A stretch of DNA of 64,000 bases from Candidatus Heimdallarchaeota archaeon (GTDB taxonomy: Archaea > Asgardarchaeota > Heimdallarchaeia > Heimdallarchaeales > Heimdallarchaeaceae), in contig JAHLWR010000003.1 in NCBI GenBank assembly GCA_019057815.1, positions 69,248 to 133,247 of the forward strand, in the 5' to 3' direction. Every line of letters begins with the position of its first letter. Within the stretch, counting starts at the first letter, position 1. Positions 47,416 through 57,516 of this stretch are shown here, piece by piece. Under the pieces are notes generated by a model that saw only the letters and a list, made by a program, of their open reading frames with translations, was not told the origin of the DNA and did not search any database. Made by a program: the position numbers and the translations under genes.

Positions 47416-47691
47416 TTGCATCAGACGAGAGCCATGGTAGCGTTAGATTTTAACACTATGAAACCTCTTATCACTGTAAGTATTCTTGATTCAATCAACC
47501 TAATGTCCAAAAGTATCATATCTTTCACAGAAAATCTTCTGAAAGGTTTGAAACCAAATATTGAGAATATCAAGAAGCATATGGAAAGAAATTTGATATC
47601 TGTAACTAAACTTGCACAAATAATCGGTTATGATAAAGCTGAAGAATTTGCCATTAAAGCCCATGAAACTAACAAAACAATCAAGGAATAG
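47416..47691 (+). pseudogene. C-terminal ~90-aa remnant of a class II fumarate hydratase / aspartate ammonia-lyase.
   Basis: ...MKPLITVSILDSINLMSKS...LISVTKLAQIIGYDKAEEFAIKAHETNKTIKE aligns with the fumarase C-terminal block ...NVFKPV...[25 protein letters not shown]. The upstream ~370 codons are absent. Confidence 0.55.
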
Positions 47692-47707
47692 TTTCAGAAT
47701 CAGATTT

Positions 47708-47901
47708 AAAAAATAAAGAGAAAGCAAAGGAATATGAGAAGTTAAAAGTGAATTTAGCAAGAAAGTATCACTCAAATAAGGAAGAGTATACAAGAGCTAA
47801 GGGTCCTTTTATTGAAAAAATGATTAGAGAAGCAAAATCTCAGATTCCTTCACTTTGATCAAGATATTCTTTACCACTAACTACTTTTTTAACTATAAGG
47901 T
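47708..47901. repeat. Direct repeat, copy 2: a duplicated grpB 3'-end fragment, exactly 1441 bp from copy 1.
   Basis: Encodes ...KNKEKAKEYEKLKVNLARKYHSNKEEYTRAKGPFIEKMIREAKSQIPSL* without the upstream gene body. Confidence 0.85.
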
Positions 47902-48004
47902 TTTGGGACATGCTTACAAACGATATTTTCTTTTTTTCTTTTCTTTTTAATGAAATAAACAAATATATTAATGAGAATAAATAACATATTGAAGTGAATG
48001 CTAA

Positions 48005-50695
48005 TTGCTAAAGGAAACTAATAAAAGGTCAACCATAATATTGTTACTACTGCCACTTTTATTGATATCAATCTGCTTTTTCACTGTATATTCGAGTGAT
48101 ATTTCAACTTACTACCAAAATTATGATGAAATTATAACAAATTCTTTCCCTGATTATTTAACGTTTAATGAAAATGCTTCCTTTATTCACACACCAAAAT
48201 TTCAAAGAGATACAGTTATTCAAGAGTTCACTTTGGAGGATTATACTCATCTAGGTTTTTTCTCATGTGAAACAGCGTTAGGTGACAAAAATTTTCCACT
48301 GATGACAATTATATGGGCACCTAGTTCGTTTTATGAAGAGTACCTTAGTTTATCTTTGTTTGAAGGAGAAATATTTATAGGAAGTTCACTAAGAAACGAA
48401 TATTTTAATTATACAACAACGCTCTTTACTTCATTTAAACCTGCAGAAAGCTTGATTATTAATAGTTCTTTTACTCTAAAAAATTTCATACAAATAGAAG
48501 ATATCTTTATTGGGAAAATGCTTTCAAGCCTACAGAGAGACAAATTAGGAACAAATAGTAACTACATTTGTATGACAGATGATACTTTTAACACTATTTT
48601 TAGTGAACATATAAACAATTTCGGTTTTTATAATATTTTTATGTTTAAATTCGATAGAGAAACAATTTATTCTCTTCCAATTGATCAAATCAAGAAATTT
48701 CTTGACACTAATGAGAGAAATATCAATTCTTACTTTGAATACCAAGCAGATAATGATTTGATTTTTATTCAGTTTTCCTTAAAAGGGGAATTAGAAAGGT
48801 TTGATGAGCGATACAGTGGAGTAAAAATATTCCAAATGTTAATTATTTATTTAGTTGTTACCTTTTTAGCTACAATCTCATTGGCATTTACGGTAGAATC
48901 ATATATCACTAACCAAAGAACTACAATTAATTTATTCAGATTGAGAGGAGGAAAAAGGTATGATATTTTTAAGAAGTATTTTAATATAGAATTAAAATTA
49001 ATAATTCTAACAAGTCTTATAGTATATATCTTCTCGATAGGGTATATTGCTATTGTGGCTCCAGCTTTCTTACATTTTAATACAAACTTCTTTAAGCTTG
49101 CAGGATCAGTACTTTCATTTGTTATCCTCTGTGGAAGCATTCAAATATCTATGCTAGTAAGATACATTTCACAAATAAGGACTGTAGAATACAGTTCTAC
49201 TGTCCTAATGCAAAAAATGAAGAATATCATAAAAGATTTATTATTTTCGCTCATTCCAACATTGTTTTGCGTTCTTTTATACTTCATCCTATTTGCGATG
49301 CTATTGGGTAATGAAGTTTTTGTGAATTACTGGATATTAGGACTCTTTTACGTTGCAGTGTTGATGTTAAGTTTTATTATTACAAGAAACAGGATTTTAA
49401 GAGTGGGTACGCTAATATTTTCAGCGTTTTCCAAGTTATATAATCTCTTTTCTTACACAAAAGAATTTTCACAAAAAGTATTATTAAAGAGATTAAAAAT
49501 GTCTAAATTATTAATAGTATACATTATAATTCTGTCTCTATTTTTCTCAATGTTTGATTCCTTTAATTCCTACGAAACTAGAAATGAAGTCTATAATGAA
49601 GTTGGTGACTTGACCATTGTGTACCCAAAATCAAGCAGTTATCAGGTGCAACAAACCCTAGCTCAATATATTGATTTATCAATCGAATTTTCTCATTTTC
49701 GAATTCATAAACAATACATAGATGCTGAAAATTCATTAAGAAATATAAATATTGATAGTTACATTTTAAATCATAGTAAGATTAATGATTTGTTTGAATG
49801 TGAGAAGTTCAAGAAATCTTATGCTGGTCTAGAAGATCTTGAAATTATTAAATCAAAGTTCCATAATAGTAATGCAACTATAGTTTCTGAAACTTTATCT
49901 TCTGAATTGCAAAAGGAGATAGGAAATACTCTTATTCTTAAAATAGCAACACATAGTACTTACAGAGCAGAGATAATAGATATTGTCGAGATTCTACCTG
50001 TTTTTTCATGGATAAGTATGAACTATTTTTTCCCAAGTGCAGTTTCAAACTACATATTATTAAATAATGAATTTACAGAAAACATTTCTGAATTAGAAAT
50101 TAGTGAGACTTGGACAATCCTTTTTACAAATAATTCATGTGACCGTAATCAACTAATAGAGATAATAAACAACTTAAACAATGATCTACACTTGGGTATC
50201 TCAATCATAGATTTTGGGGAGACAAATCTAATAGATGAAAATTATGCGGGAATTATGATAAATTCAACACAAATAGTAATTATAATAGTAATTCTGAGTG
50301 TTGCACTTAGTTTTTTCACATTAGAATATTGTAGACAAATGTTTAGTGAACAACTTAATGGTTTTAGAGTATTTTTTGCTAGAGGAGTTCCAATAAGAAA
50401 AGGTTTATTCCTCGCTTTAGTGCCATTACTCTTGTTTATTTATTATATCACCGTAATAGGAAATATTTTCGGTTGGTTGTTAACTTTTATAATCTCAAGC
50501 GAAATGCAACCGTTTGATTATTTAAAAGTACGATTATCGATTTTTCCTTATTCATTATTGTTCCTTGTCGCACAATTATCTTTATTATCAATTATAACTT
50601 GCATAACAGGATATCTTAGTTATAAGAAACTTAAATCAAGATTACCAGAAATCATTTCAACAGATAACCTAACGATTAAATTAGAGGAGAGTTAA
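48005..50695 (+). CDS. Large FtsX/MacB-like ABC transporter permease with big extracytoplasmic domains, TTG start.
   Basis: 896 aa, clusters of TM helices separated by large NxS/T-rich loops. Followed by a paralog and an ABC ATPase. Confidence 0.45.
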   Translation: MLKETNKRSTIILLLLPLLLISICFFTVYSSDISTYYQNYDEIITNSFPDYLTFNENASFIHTPKFQRDTVIQEFTLEDYTHLGFFSCETALGDKNFPLMTIIWAPSSFYEEYLSLSLFEGEIFIGSSLRNEYFNYTTTLFTSFKPAESLIINSSFTLKNFIQIEDIFIGKMLSSLQRDKLGTNSNYICMTDDTFNTIFSEHINNFGFYNIFMFKFDRETIYSLPIDQIKKFLDTNERNINSYFEYQADNDLIFIQFSLKGELERFDERYSGVKIFQMLIIYLVVTFLATISLAFTVESYITNQRTTINLFRLRGGKRYDIFKKYFNIELKLIILTSLIVYIFSIGYIAIVAPAFLHFNTNFFKLAGSVLSFVILCGSIQISMLVRYISQIRTVEYSSTVLMQKMKNIIKDLLFSLIPTLFCVLLYFILFAMLLGNEVFVNYWILGLFYVAVLMLSFIITRNRILRVGTLIFSAFSKLYNLFSYTKEFSQKVLLKRLKMSKLLIVYIIILSLFFSMFDSFNSYETRNEVYNEVGDLTIVYPKSSSYQVQQTLAQYIDLSIEFSHFRIHKQYIDAENSLRNINIDSYILNHSKINDLFECEKFKKSYAGLEDLEIIKSKFHNSNATIVSETLSSELQKEIGNTLILKIATHSTYRAEIIDIVEILPVFSWISMNYFFPSAVSNYILLNNEFTENISELEISETWTILFTNNSCDRNQLIEIINNLNNDLHLGISIIDFGETNLIDENYAGIMINSTQIVIIIVILSVALSFFTLEYCRQMFSEQLNGFRVFFARGVPIRKGLFLALVPLLLFIYYITVIGNIFGWLLTFIISSEMQPFDYLKVRLSIFPYSLLFLVAQLSLLSIITCITGYLSYKKLKSRLPEIISTDNLTIKLEES

Positions 50696-53347
50696 GTGAA
50701 AATAACTTATTTACTTTCAAAAGGTCAGAGAAAATTACTTGTAATAGAGTTTATAATTATTTTCTCTTTATTTATTGGTACTTCTTTCCTTTTTTGCACA
50801 TATTTATCAGAATATCATAAAGAATATTCAAATCTTGTAACAGCAAATAACGACCCAGATTATGAAGTACAAGCAGATCAAAGGTTTTCGTCATATTTGT
50901 TATCTCATAGTTCTTTCGTTGGTCAATTTGGAGGTTATAAATACCAATCAATAGTTAATATCCCCAAGAGTTTAGTAAATGTCCAAGTTAAAAACAATAG
51001 TTTCGATAAATATAATCTTATATTAATTAATTCGGAGATTAATGAAGCTGTGAATGCTGATTTACATGACAATGAAATCATGATACTTTTACGTAATTCT
51101 GATGAAATACAAGTTTCAGATATTTCTATCAATTGGAATTTTTATGTAGAAAACGAGAGTCTATCGGTTATCAACATTGTAAATGAGACATTCTTTAAAC
51201 CTGCTTTTTCTTCAATGAACAATTTGCTGGTTAACCATGCTTTGCAAAATTTTAACATAATTATTTATGAAACATTTTTCTTTAAAATTGCCCAAAAAGT
51301 AAGTTATAACACTTTGTTGAATATTGCAGCCTTAAATACTACTTCTCTTTTCTCTTTCTTTCGGTGGAACAAAACAGAGTATCTCAACTCTTTACCAAAA
51401 CGAGTACAAGAAGCACATGACATATGGACAAATACTATAAGGAATGGTTTTTTACAATTTTATGGTTTCTTTGATGCAGTCAGCGGACCTTACGCTCAGA
51501 TCGATTTTAACGATATTTTCGCAGATAAAGTATCGAAACTTACTCAAAAAATGAATGCTGTTTTTATAAGCACATCTATTATAGCATTGATTATTTCTTC
51601 AATTTTCCTTTTTACAACATATAATTTTCTCAAACAAAGTCAAACAGATTTAAGGCGTGTTTTAAAGAGTTTCAGCGAGAAAGGTGCTAGTTATTCAACT
51701 CTAAGTAGGAGGATAATTTTCCTGCACATTCTTGTTTCGCTGTTCTGTTTGATTTTTTCTCTCTGTGTATCCTTTTCATTCTTATTTATCAATAAAATTA
51801 ATAGATGGTCTTACTCAAACTTACTTATAATAATAGTTCATTTAATAGTTATATTTCTCATAAGCTTCTTTCAATTTAGACTAAACTCAGCTGTTCAATT
51901 GAAGGAAACCTTGAGAGAGAAGAGGAAAAGAACATCATATTCAAAATCGGAAATAATAAGCGTTATTATTCAATCTTCAGCAATATTAGTAATCGTTCTG
52001 ACTATAACTGTCTTTTGGACGATAAACAAGACAACTCTTGGATCCGGAGGACTGACTACAGGAGCAATTTGGTTAATTTCATTAGGTATTCTTAGTTTTA
52101 CTACTCTTCTACTTTTCACTCCTAGAATATTACCACTTGCAGTAAAAAGAGTAGTAAATAAACTTCTATCCCTTTTTACAGATCTATATTCATTTATCAC
52201 CAGACTTTTTACATCAATTTACAGAAGTAAAAAACAAGCTTGGTTACTCAGCTTCTACTTACTCTTTTTTACTTCGTTTCTAACATTAAGTTATTCAACA
52301 CTTCAAAACCATCAAGAACAATTATATTTATCAGCAAAATTGGGAGATGCAACAGTAATTATTGATTCAGACGCTGTTTCAGATGTAATCAAGATAGGTG
52401 GAAAAGAGAATTGCGTGGTCTCTTATTTAGACACTGTGAGTACGGTAAAAGGTGTGTTCTATATGTTATATCTTAATAATCCATTGAAATTTTATGAAAA
52501 TGCTTTTTTTGCAACTGAATGTTTTCAAGAGATGGAAAATTATGAGGTTTTTAATCTTTTGAATAGCTCATCTGACTATTTTATAACTTCTAGTCTCATT
52601 GCAAACGCATTTTATTATTCCATAGGGGACAATGTTTCAATTCCAAGAACTTCTCATGATTTTAGCATCAATTATGAAAATAAAATTCTCTTAGACATAG
52701 CAAAATATTTACCGTTTTATTTTCCAACAGGTGATATAAATTGGTATGTGATGAAACAAGATATATTAAAAACAAATGATACCCATTATCAATTCGCATA
52801 TATTAGTATTAAGAAAGATAACAATAATATTGAAGATTTAATCTTTTTCTTGGATGAACAAAAAATATGGTACTCGATAAATGAATATGACGAAAATGTG
52901 TTATCAATTGAAAATACAAATGAAAGTTTTGTAGAAGGATTAAAACTTCCAGTTATTTTCATAAACATAACTATCCCAGCAATTCTAGCATTAATTCTGT
53001 TAGATATTCAAAAAACAAGCAAGGAACAATTTTCATATCTCAATCTGAGAGGTTTAAAAAAATCTGTTTCTGTTTTTGCAATTTCTAACTGGTTTTCAAT
53101 CCATATGTTACTAACTATTATTTTAACCATGTTAATTTCGATTCTTGGTCTTCAAATTATTCTGTTTATAAGAAATTCTTCTTATGGTTTACCCGTAACA
53201 CTGAATATTTCTAGTGTTTTTTTTGTAACACCGCTTATTCTTATAATTGTTACATTAGTAGTACCCTATTCCTCATCTTTACTTCTGAGGATTATGGGAC
53301 AAAAACAATCTTCCAAATTCATAATCAAAGGTGATAATAATGAGTAA
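50696..53347 (+). CDS. Second FtsX/MacB-like permease paralog, GTG start.
   Basis: 883 aa with the same architecture. Abuts the previous gene and overlaps the ATPase gene by 17 nt. Confidence 0.45.
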   Translation: MKITYLLSKGQRKLLVIEFIIIFSLFIGTSFLFCTYLSEYHKEYSNLVTANNDPDYEVQADQRFSSYLLSHSSFVGQFGGYKYQSIVNIPKSLVNVQVKNNSFDKYNLILINSEINEAVNADLHDNEIMILLRNSDEIQVSDISINWNFYVENESLSVINIVNETFFKPAFSSMNNLLVNHALQNFNIIIYETFFFKIAQKVSYNTLLNIAALNTTSLFSFFRWNKTEYLNSLPKRVQEAHDIWTNTIRNGFLQFYGFFDAVSGPYAQIDFNDIFADKVSKLTQKMNAVFISTSIIALIISSIFLFTTYNFLKQSQTDLRRVLKSFSEKGASYSTLSRRIIFLHILVSLFCLIFSLCVSFSFLFINKINRWSYSNLLIIIVHLIVIFLISFFQFRLNSAVQLKETLREKRKRTSYSKSEIISVIIQSSAILVIVLTITVFWTINKTTLGSGGLTTGAIWLISLGILSFTTLLLFTPRILPLAVKRVVNKLLSLFTDLYSFITRLFTSIYRSKKQAWLLSFYLLFFTSFLTLSYSTLQNHQEQLYLSAKLGDATVIIDSDAVSDVIKIGGKENCVVSYLDTVSTVKGVFYMLYLNNPLKFYENAFFATECFQEMENYEVFNLLNSSSDYFITSSLIANAFYYSIGDNVSIPRTSHDFSINYENKILLDIAKYLPFYFPTGDINWYVMKQDILKTNDTHYQFAYISIKKDNNNIEDLIFFLDEQKIWYSINEYDENVLSIENTNESFVEGLKLPVIFINITIPAILALILLDIQKTSKEQFSYLNLRGLKKSVSVFAISNWFSIHMLLTIILTMLISILGLQIILFIRNSSYGLPVTLNISSVFFVTPLILIIVTLVVPYSSSLLLRIMGQKQSSKFIIKGDNNE

Positions 53348-54026
53348 AAATACCCAACCAATCGTTCAAATAGTAGATTTAGTGCAAATTTATAAAGGAA
53401 AAGTCGAGACAATAGCTCTCCCTGGGATTAATCTAAAAATAAATCGGGGTGAGAGAGTTGTAATAAGAGGAAAATCTGGAATTGGAAAAACAACTTTACT
53501 TCATTGTTTAGCAGGAATTCTTAAACCATCAGCTGGAAAGATAATCATTGAAAATAGAAATATTGTAGACTTTAACGAGGATCAACTAGCAGATTATAGG
53601 TGTACAACTGTTGGGTTAATTTATCAATCATACAATCTTGCTCCATTTTTAACAGTCGAAGAAAATATTGAATTTCCCATGGTTATAGCGAAAATTAGAA
53701 GAGAAAAACGAAAGGACAGGATTCTTGAGCTTGTTGACTTGCTTGAAATTGAAAGATATCTTAATCAAAAACCCCCTTATCTGAGTGGAGGAGAACAACA
53801 AAGAGTCGCTATTGCAGTTGCTTTAGCTAATAAACCTGCTATCATACTAGCGGATGAACCTACAGGGAATTTAGATACAGAAACTTCTGATCAAGTATAC
53901 AAGCTGCTTTCAAATATGTGTATAGCTCATAATACTACATTAGTCATGGCTTCACATGATCCTGAAGCCAAAAGTTATGCTGATCGCGAGATTGTACTTT
54001 CTAAATTAAAGTCACATGACTTATAA
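53331..54026 (+). CDS. ABC transporter ATP-binding protein (LolD/MacB-type).
   Basis: Walker A GKSGIGKTT, signature LSGGEQQRVAIA, Walker B ILADEPTGNLD. 231 aa. Confidence 0.85.
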   Translation: MIIMSKNTQPIVQIVDLVQIYKGKVETIALPGINLKINRGERVVIRGKSGIGKTTLLHCLAGILKPSAGKIIIENRNIVDFNEDQLADYRCTTVGLIYQSYNLAPFLTVEENIEFPMVIAKIRREKRKDRILELVDLLEIERYLNQKPPYLSGGEQQRVAIAVALANKPAIILADEPTGNLDTETSDQVYKLLSNMCIAHNTTLVMASHDPEAKSYADREIVLSKLKSHDL

Positions 54027-54104
54027 TTCTCAAGAATCCCAACAGTTATTGCTGGTTGAAGATCACCTATCTATGATTTAAATTCAATAATTTTTCGAGT
54101 GACA

Positions 54105-55409
54105 TTAAGAAACTTTTGGAGTTTTAATCTTCTTTCCTTCTCCTCTCAATAAAAGATTAATGATAAACATAGTAGCTCCAACAATTACGAAAAGTAAAGG
54201 AATTGAATAATCTCCAAGTAAACCAAATAATGGTGCAAAGATAAGCACTAATATTGATTTTATCTGCGACTCTACGCTTAACATAGTTACTCTCTGTTCC
54301 TTTTTCATAGTTTCTCCTAGATAGTCGACACACAACGGTCTCCTAATGTTTTGCAAAATGTATATTATTAAATAGAGAATGGTGACTACTATAGGAATTT
54401 CAATATAAACGAATAACGCGTTCAAAAGCAGTAATGCACCAAATATGTAGAAAATAATATCCATTCCTTTTTTAGCTGATTTGAAATAATTTTTTACTAG
54501 ATAAGCGTTCCTAGAAGAAAATGATGAAAGTAGATAGAAAAGTGTGTACAGTAAGCCCAAAATGATTGAAATAATGTCCTCTTCTGAGATATTTAGACTA
54601 CTTAAACCTAAATGCAATATCATCGCTGCAATTAATATTTGAATAATGGGTTGAATGTAGTCTTTCAATGTTCTGAAAATAGCATCATAAGTCGCAGAAG
54701 AAAAAAGTCCTTTAACTAATCTTCTATTCTTCAAAGCTGCAAATATATCCTTAAAACCACTTGCCATTTCTTTCCAGCTAGATTGAGTGTGGGGAACATG
54801 TTCATTCATGTAGGACGGATAAGTGGTGATGAGAATAAAATCGAGGATATAAGGAATAATTGTAATTAAGAATAACCAATTGCTAGCAGGAGCAAAGATT
54901 ATTATAAAGATTGCTAAAATACCTGAAAGAGCAGAACCTAATAACGACCAAGATCTTGTTCTACCATATACAAAGGTTTTGTGATCTTGATAATTGTTTT
55001 TATCCATCCAGAGCAAGATCATAGCTTTATGAGTACCAGAGCGAAAAGCTTCACCCAAACCAAAAAAAACAGAAGCGAAAATTAAAACAGTCCAATTGGG
55101 TCCAGAACCAAAGAAGAAGAAAACAAAGGAAGAGATATAAAAAACAAAACAAACTAGGAGTTCGTTCTTTTTACCATATTTGTCTGCAATGATGCCTGAA
55201 GGTACTTCGAAGACATAGGTGATTATTTCTCGGATTAAAACCAATAACCCTATTTGAAAAAGATTTAACCCCCAAGCTAAAAGAATAATCAACAAGTAAG
55301 GTTCAAAGAATCGAAGATTCTTAAAAAAACCATAAAGCTGGAATTTTTTCATAATAGGAGCTTTAAGTATCTCAGTTTGAAGCGCATCGTACTTGGGAAC
55401 ATCGGGCAT
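54105..55409 (-). CDS. MFS transporter, full length with 12 predicted helices.
   Basis: 434 aa, hydrophobicity pattern, GxxxDKYGKK loop motif. Confidence 0.6.
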   Translation of the reverse strand: MPDVPKYDALQTEILKAPIMKKFQLYGFFKNLRFFEPYLLIILLAWGLNLFQIGLLVLIREIITYVFEVPSGIIADKYGKKNELLVCFVFYISSFVFFFFGSGPNWTVLIFASVFFGLGEAFRSGTHKAMILLWMDKNNYQDHKTFVYGRTRSWSLLGSALSGILAIFIIIFAPASNWLFLITIIPYILDFILITTYPSYMNEHVPHTQSSWKEMASGFKDIFAALKNRRLVKGLFSSATYDAIFRTLKDYIQPIIQILIAAMILHLGLSSLNISEEDIISIILGLLYTLFYLLSSFSSRNAYLVKNYFKSAKKGMDIIFYIFGALLLLNALFVYIEIPIVVTILYLIIYILQNIRRPLCVDYLGETMKKEQRVTMLSVESQIKSILVLIFAPLFGLLGDYSIPLLFVIVGATMFIINLLLRGEGKKIKTPKVS

Positions 55410-55668
55410 AATTAGGTGAAGATTTCGTAACTTTTTAAATATCTATTTGCTAAAACAAAAGCTATTATTTTCCTATTTGAATATTAGTAAAAACAATCAG
55501 TTGATTATAAAATACTGTTTTAGTTAGTCTATTTCCAATCTTTGTTAACCATCTACACTTGACTGTTGACATAATTGGTGAGATTTCTTTTTCTGTGATT
55601 TGATAGACAGTTTAAGATGTTTTTGGGAGTAAATTAAATTAAATATCCAACAAAAATAATTGATTTCC

Positions 55669-56118
55669 TCAGTCTTTTTTCTTAGGTTTTTTCTTGATTG
55701 CTGTGAGCATTTTTACATCTTCTAAATCTTCAGGTTTATGAACTCTAATCCACAACCATTTACCATCGTGGAATTTTTTTGTATTCTCATACAGTTGGAC
55801 TATTTCTTGACTAAATTCTAATTTTAGCTCCTCAAATTTTTGTATTTCATTTTTACCAAAAACTAGTAGAATAGTGAAGCTTCCTTTTTCAGGAAAAAGA
55901 GAACATAAAGTTTTTCCACTTCTTCGATAACGAACAGTCCAACCATATTTCCTGCCATAAAACGTAGTTTCCGGAATAAAATCATAATTAATATCTAGAA
56001 AACTCCTTAAATCGATCCAAGCTGTATTTGCAGGTTTTTTTAAAAAGTATAAAATATCTTTTTCTGTTGGTTTGATAGCTTCATCAAACATTCTCTGAGT
56101 TTCCTGTTTTGAGTTCAA
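55669..56118 (-). CDS. Small conserved hypothetical protein (DUF3788-like).
   Basis: 149 aa, ...YGWTVRYRRSGKTLCSLFPEKGSF... The family call is a recollection and unverified. Confidence 0.25.
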   Translation of the reverse strand: MNSKQETQRMFDEAIKPTEKDILYFLKKPANTAWIDLRSFLDINYDFIPETTFYGRKYGWTVRYRRSGKTLCSLFPEKGSFTILLVFGKNEIQKFEELKLEFSQEIVQLYENTKKFHDGKWLWIRVHKPEDLEDVKMLTAIKKKPKKKD

Positions 56119-56406
56119 AAAACCACCAAATCAAAATCTTACGCTAAAATAAATATCTATCACTTTTAAATATGACTATCTTATTTAGAGAAACAAAAAT
56201 TCGAATCAAAATTCTATTATCTTTTCTTTTTATTCATTTCTTCAATTAAATTGTTTATTTTATCTGAGTGATAGGTTAATGCTTTTCCATTTGTGATAGC
56301 AGGATGTTCCATAAGGGTGGATTTTTTTTTGAGTTTTTCTACAATAGCTGTAAGTTTTAGTCTTCTTTATTTAGTTAAGGAAACAGGATTTTTACAAGAA
56401 TTGCTT

Positions 56407-56778
56407 TTATGATAAACCTGCTTTTGTAGTTGAATCCAGAAGTAAGTGGCTAAAATAACCTGTAAATAAACCCAGTAGCGGATAAGCGATAAATACATTA
56501 TCATATCTAGTTACTAATACAAAACTTATCACAAAACAAGCTGAGAAAACAAAGAATAGTATAAAGACTGAATGAAAGAATTTTCTATGATTCGGGCTTT
56601 TCGGAGGTTCTATAATGTCTGGTAAATGGGAACCAACCAGTATAAATGGTAATGAAACAAGTAATGATAGTATCAGCAACCATGTACTAAATTCCGACGC
56701 TAAGAAATATCTTACTACTCCTATGATAGGTAGTCCAATTATCAATCCTCCTAGTGTATGAACGATTCTGTTCGGCAT
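56407..56778 (-). CDS. YdjM-like membrane-bound metal-dependent hydrolase (PF04307-like), paralog 2.
   Basis: 123 aa. GSHLPDIIEPP...HRKFFHS...HLLLDS His/Asp pattern within 3-4 TM helices. Confidence 0.4.
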   Translation of the reverse strand: MPNRIVHTLGGLIIGLPIIGVVRYFLASEFSTWLLILSLLVSLPFILVGSHLPDIIEPPKSPNHRKFFHSVFILFFVFSACFVISFVLVTRYDNVFIAYPLLGLFTGYFSHLLLDSTTKAGLS

Positions 56779-56960
56779 TGAGTTTCACTATAATATTATG
56801 TGTTTCATTTTTAAGGTCAAAGAATATACTATTCTTAAATTATCTTATATAGATTCTCCATTCTCCATTCTTTAGTTTTAGTAATTCCTTAGTATTTCAA
56901 GTTCACGTGTATTCAGAAGTGACTGAAATGTTTAAAAGATGTTTTGTCTAAAAGCATGTT

Positions 56961-57410
56961 ATGAAAGCTGTTTTTATTGCATCAATGGTACCTGTTCAAG
57001 GACCAACGATAATCTCACTAAATCCTGATGATTATTTATCAAACAAGGAAAAAGAGGAGGTTGCTCTCATTAGTATGCCTGTAGGGGGTAAAGAGGGGGA
57101 GTTTTGCTCTGTTTCACTAAATAATTATCATGCATGTAGTATCCTAACAGTACTTCCACCTATTGATGAAGAATTGGATACAAGAGACACTCCAACATCA
57201 ATTGGTTTCTTACTAGATCCATATGAAAACCCTATTCCATACAAGAATCTTATCGAAGATTTCATTGAAAAATGCAAGACTCATGGCATATTCACCTTAG
57301 ATTTTTTGAAAAAGGCTCACCCTGAATTATTTAAACTTCAAAATTCTACTAGCATAAAAATCCCCTTTGGTGAATCTAGTTCATTTAATATTAGTATCAC
57401 AGGAAGATGA
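56961..57410 (+). CDS. Hypothetical protein.
   Basis: 149-aa ORF with no motif recognised. Confidence 0.2.
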   Translation: MKAVFIASMVPVQGPTIISLNPDDYLSNKEKEEVALISMPVGGKEGEFCSVSLNNYHACSILTVLPPIDEELDTRDTPTSIGFLLDPYENPIPYKNLIEDFIEKCKTHGIFTLDFLKKAHPELFKLQNSTSIKIPFGESSSFNISITGR

Positions 57411-57516
57411 AAAACACAAATTAGTGCACCATTCAATCTTTGAAAAACAATTACAGTTTTTTTAGATGGTTTGATGGATAATCTTTAATTACAGCTAAAA
57501 GAGCTTCATGTAAAAG

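Noticed and set aside
56250-56340. Possible C/D-box sRNA (…ctgagtgataggttaatgc…gtgatagcagg…)
   Set aside because: No canonical RUGAUGA/CUGA box pairs with correct spacing and terminal stem. Likely a chance match in AT-rich intergenic DNA.
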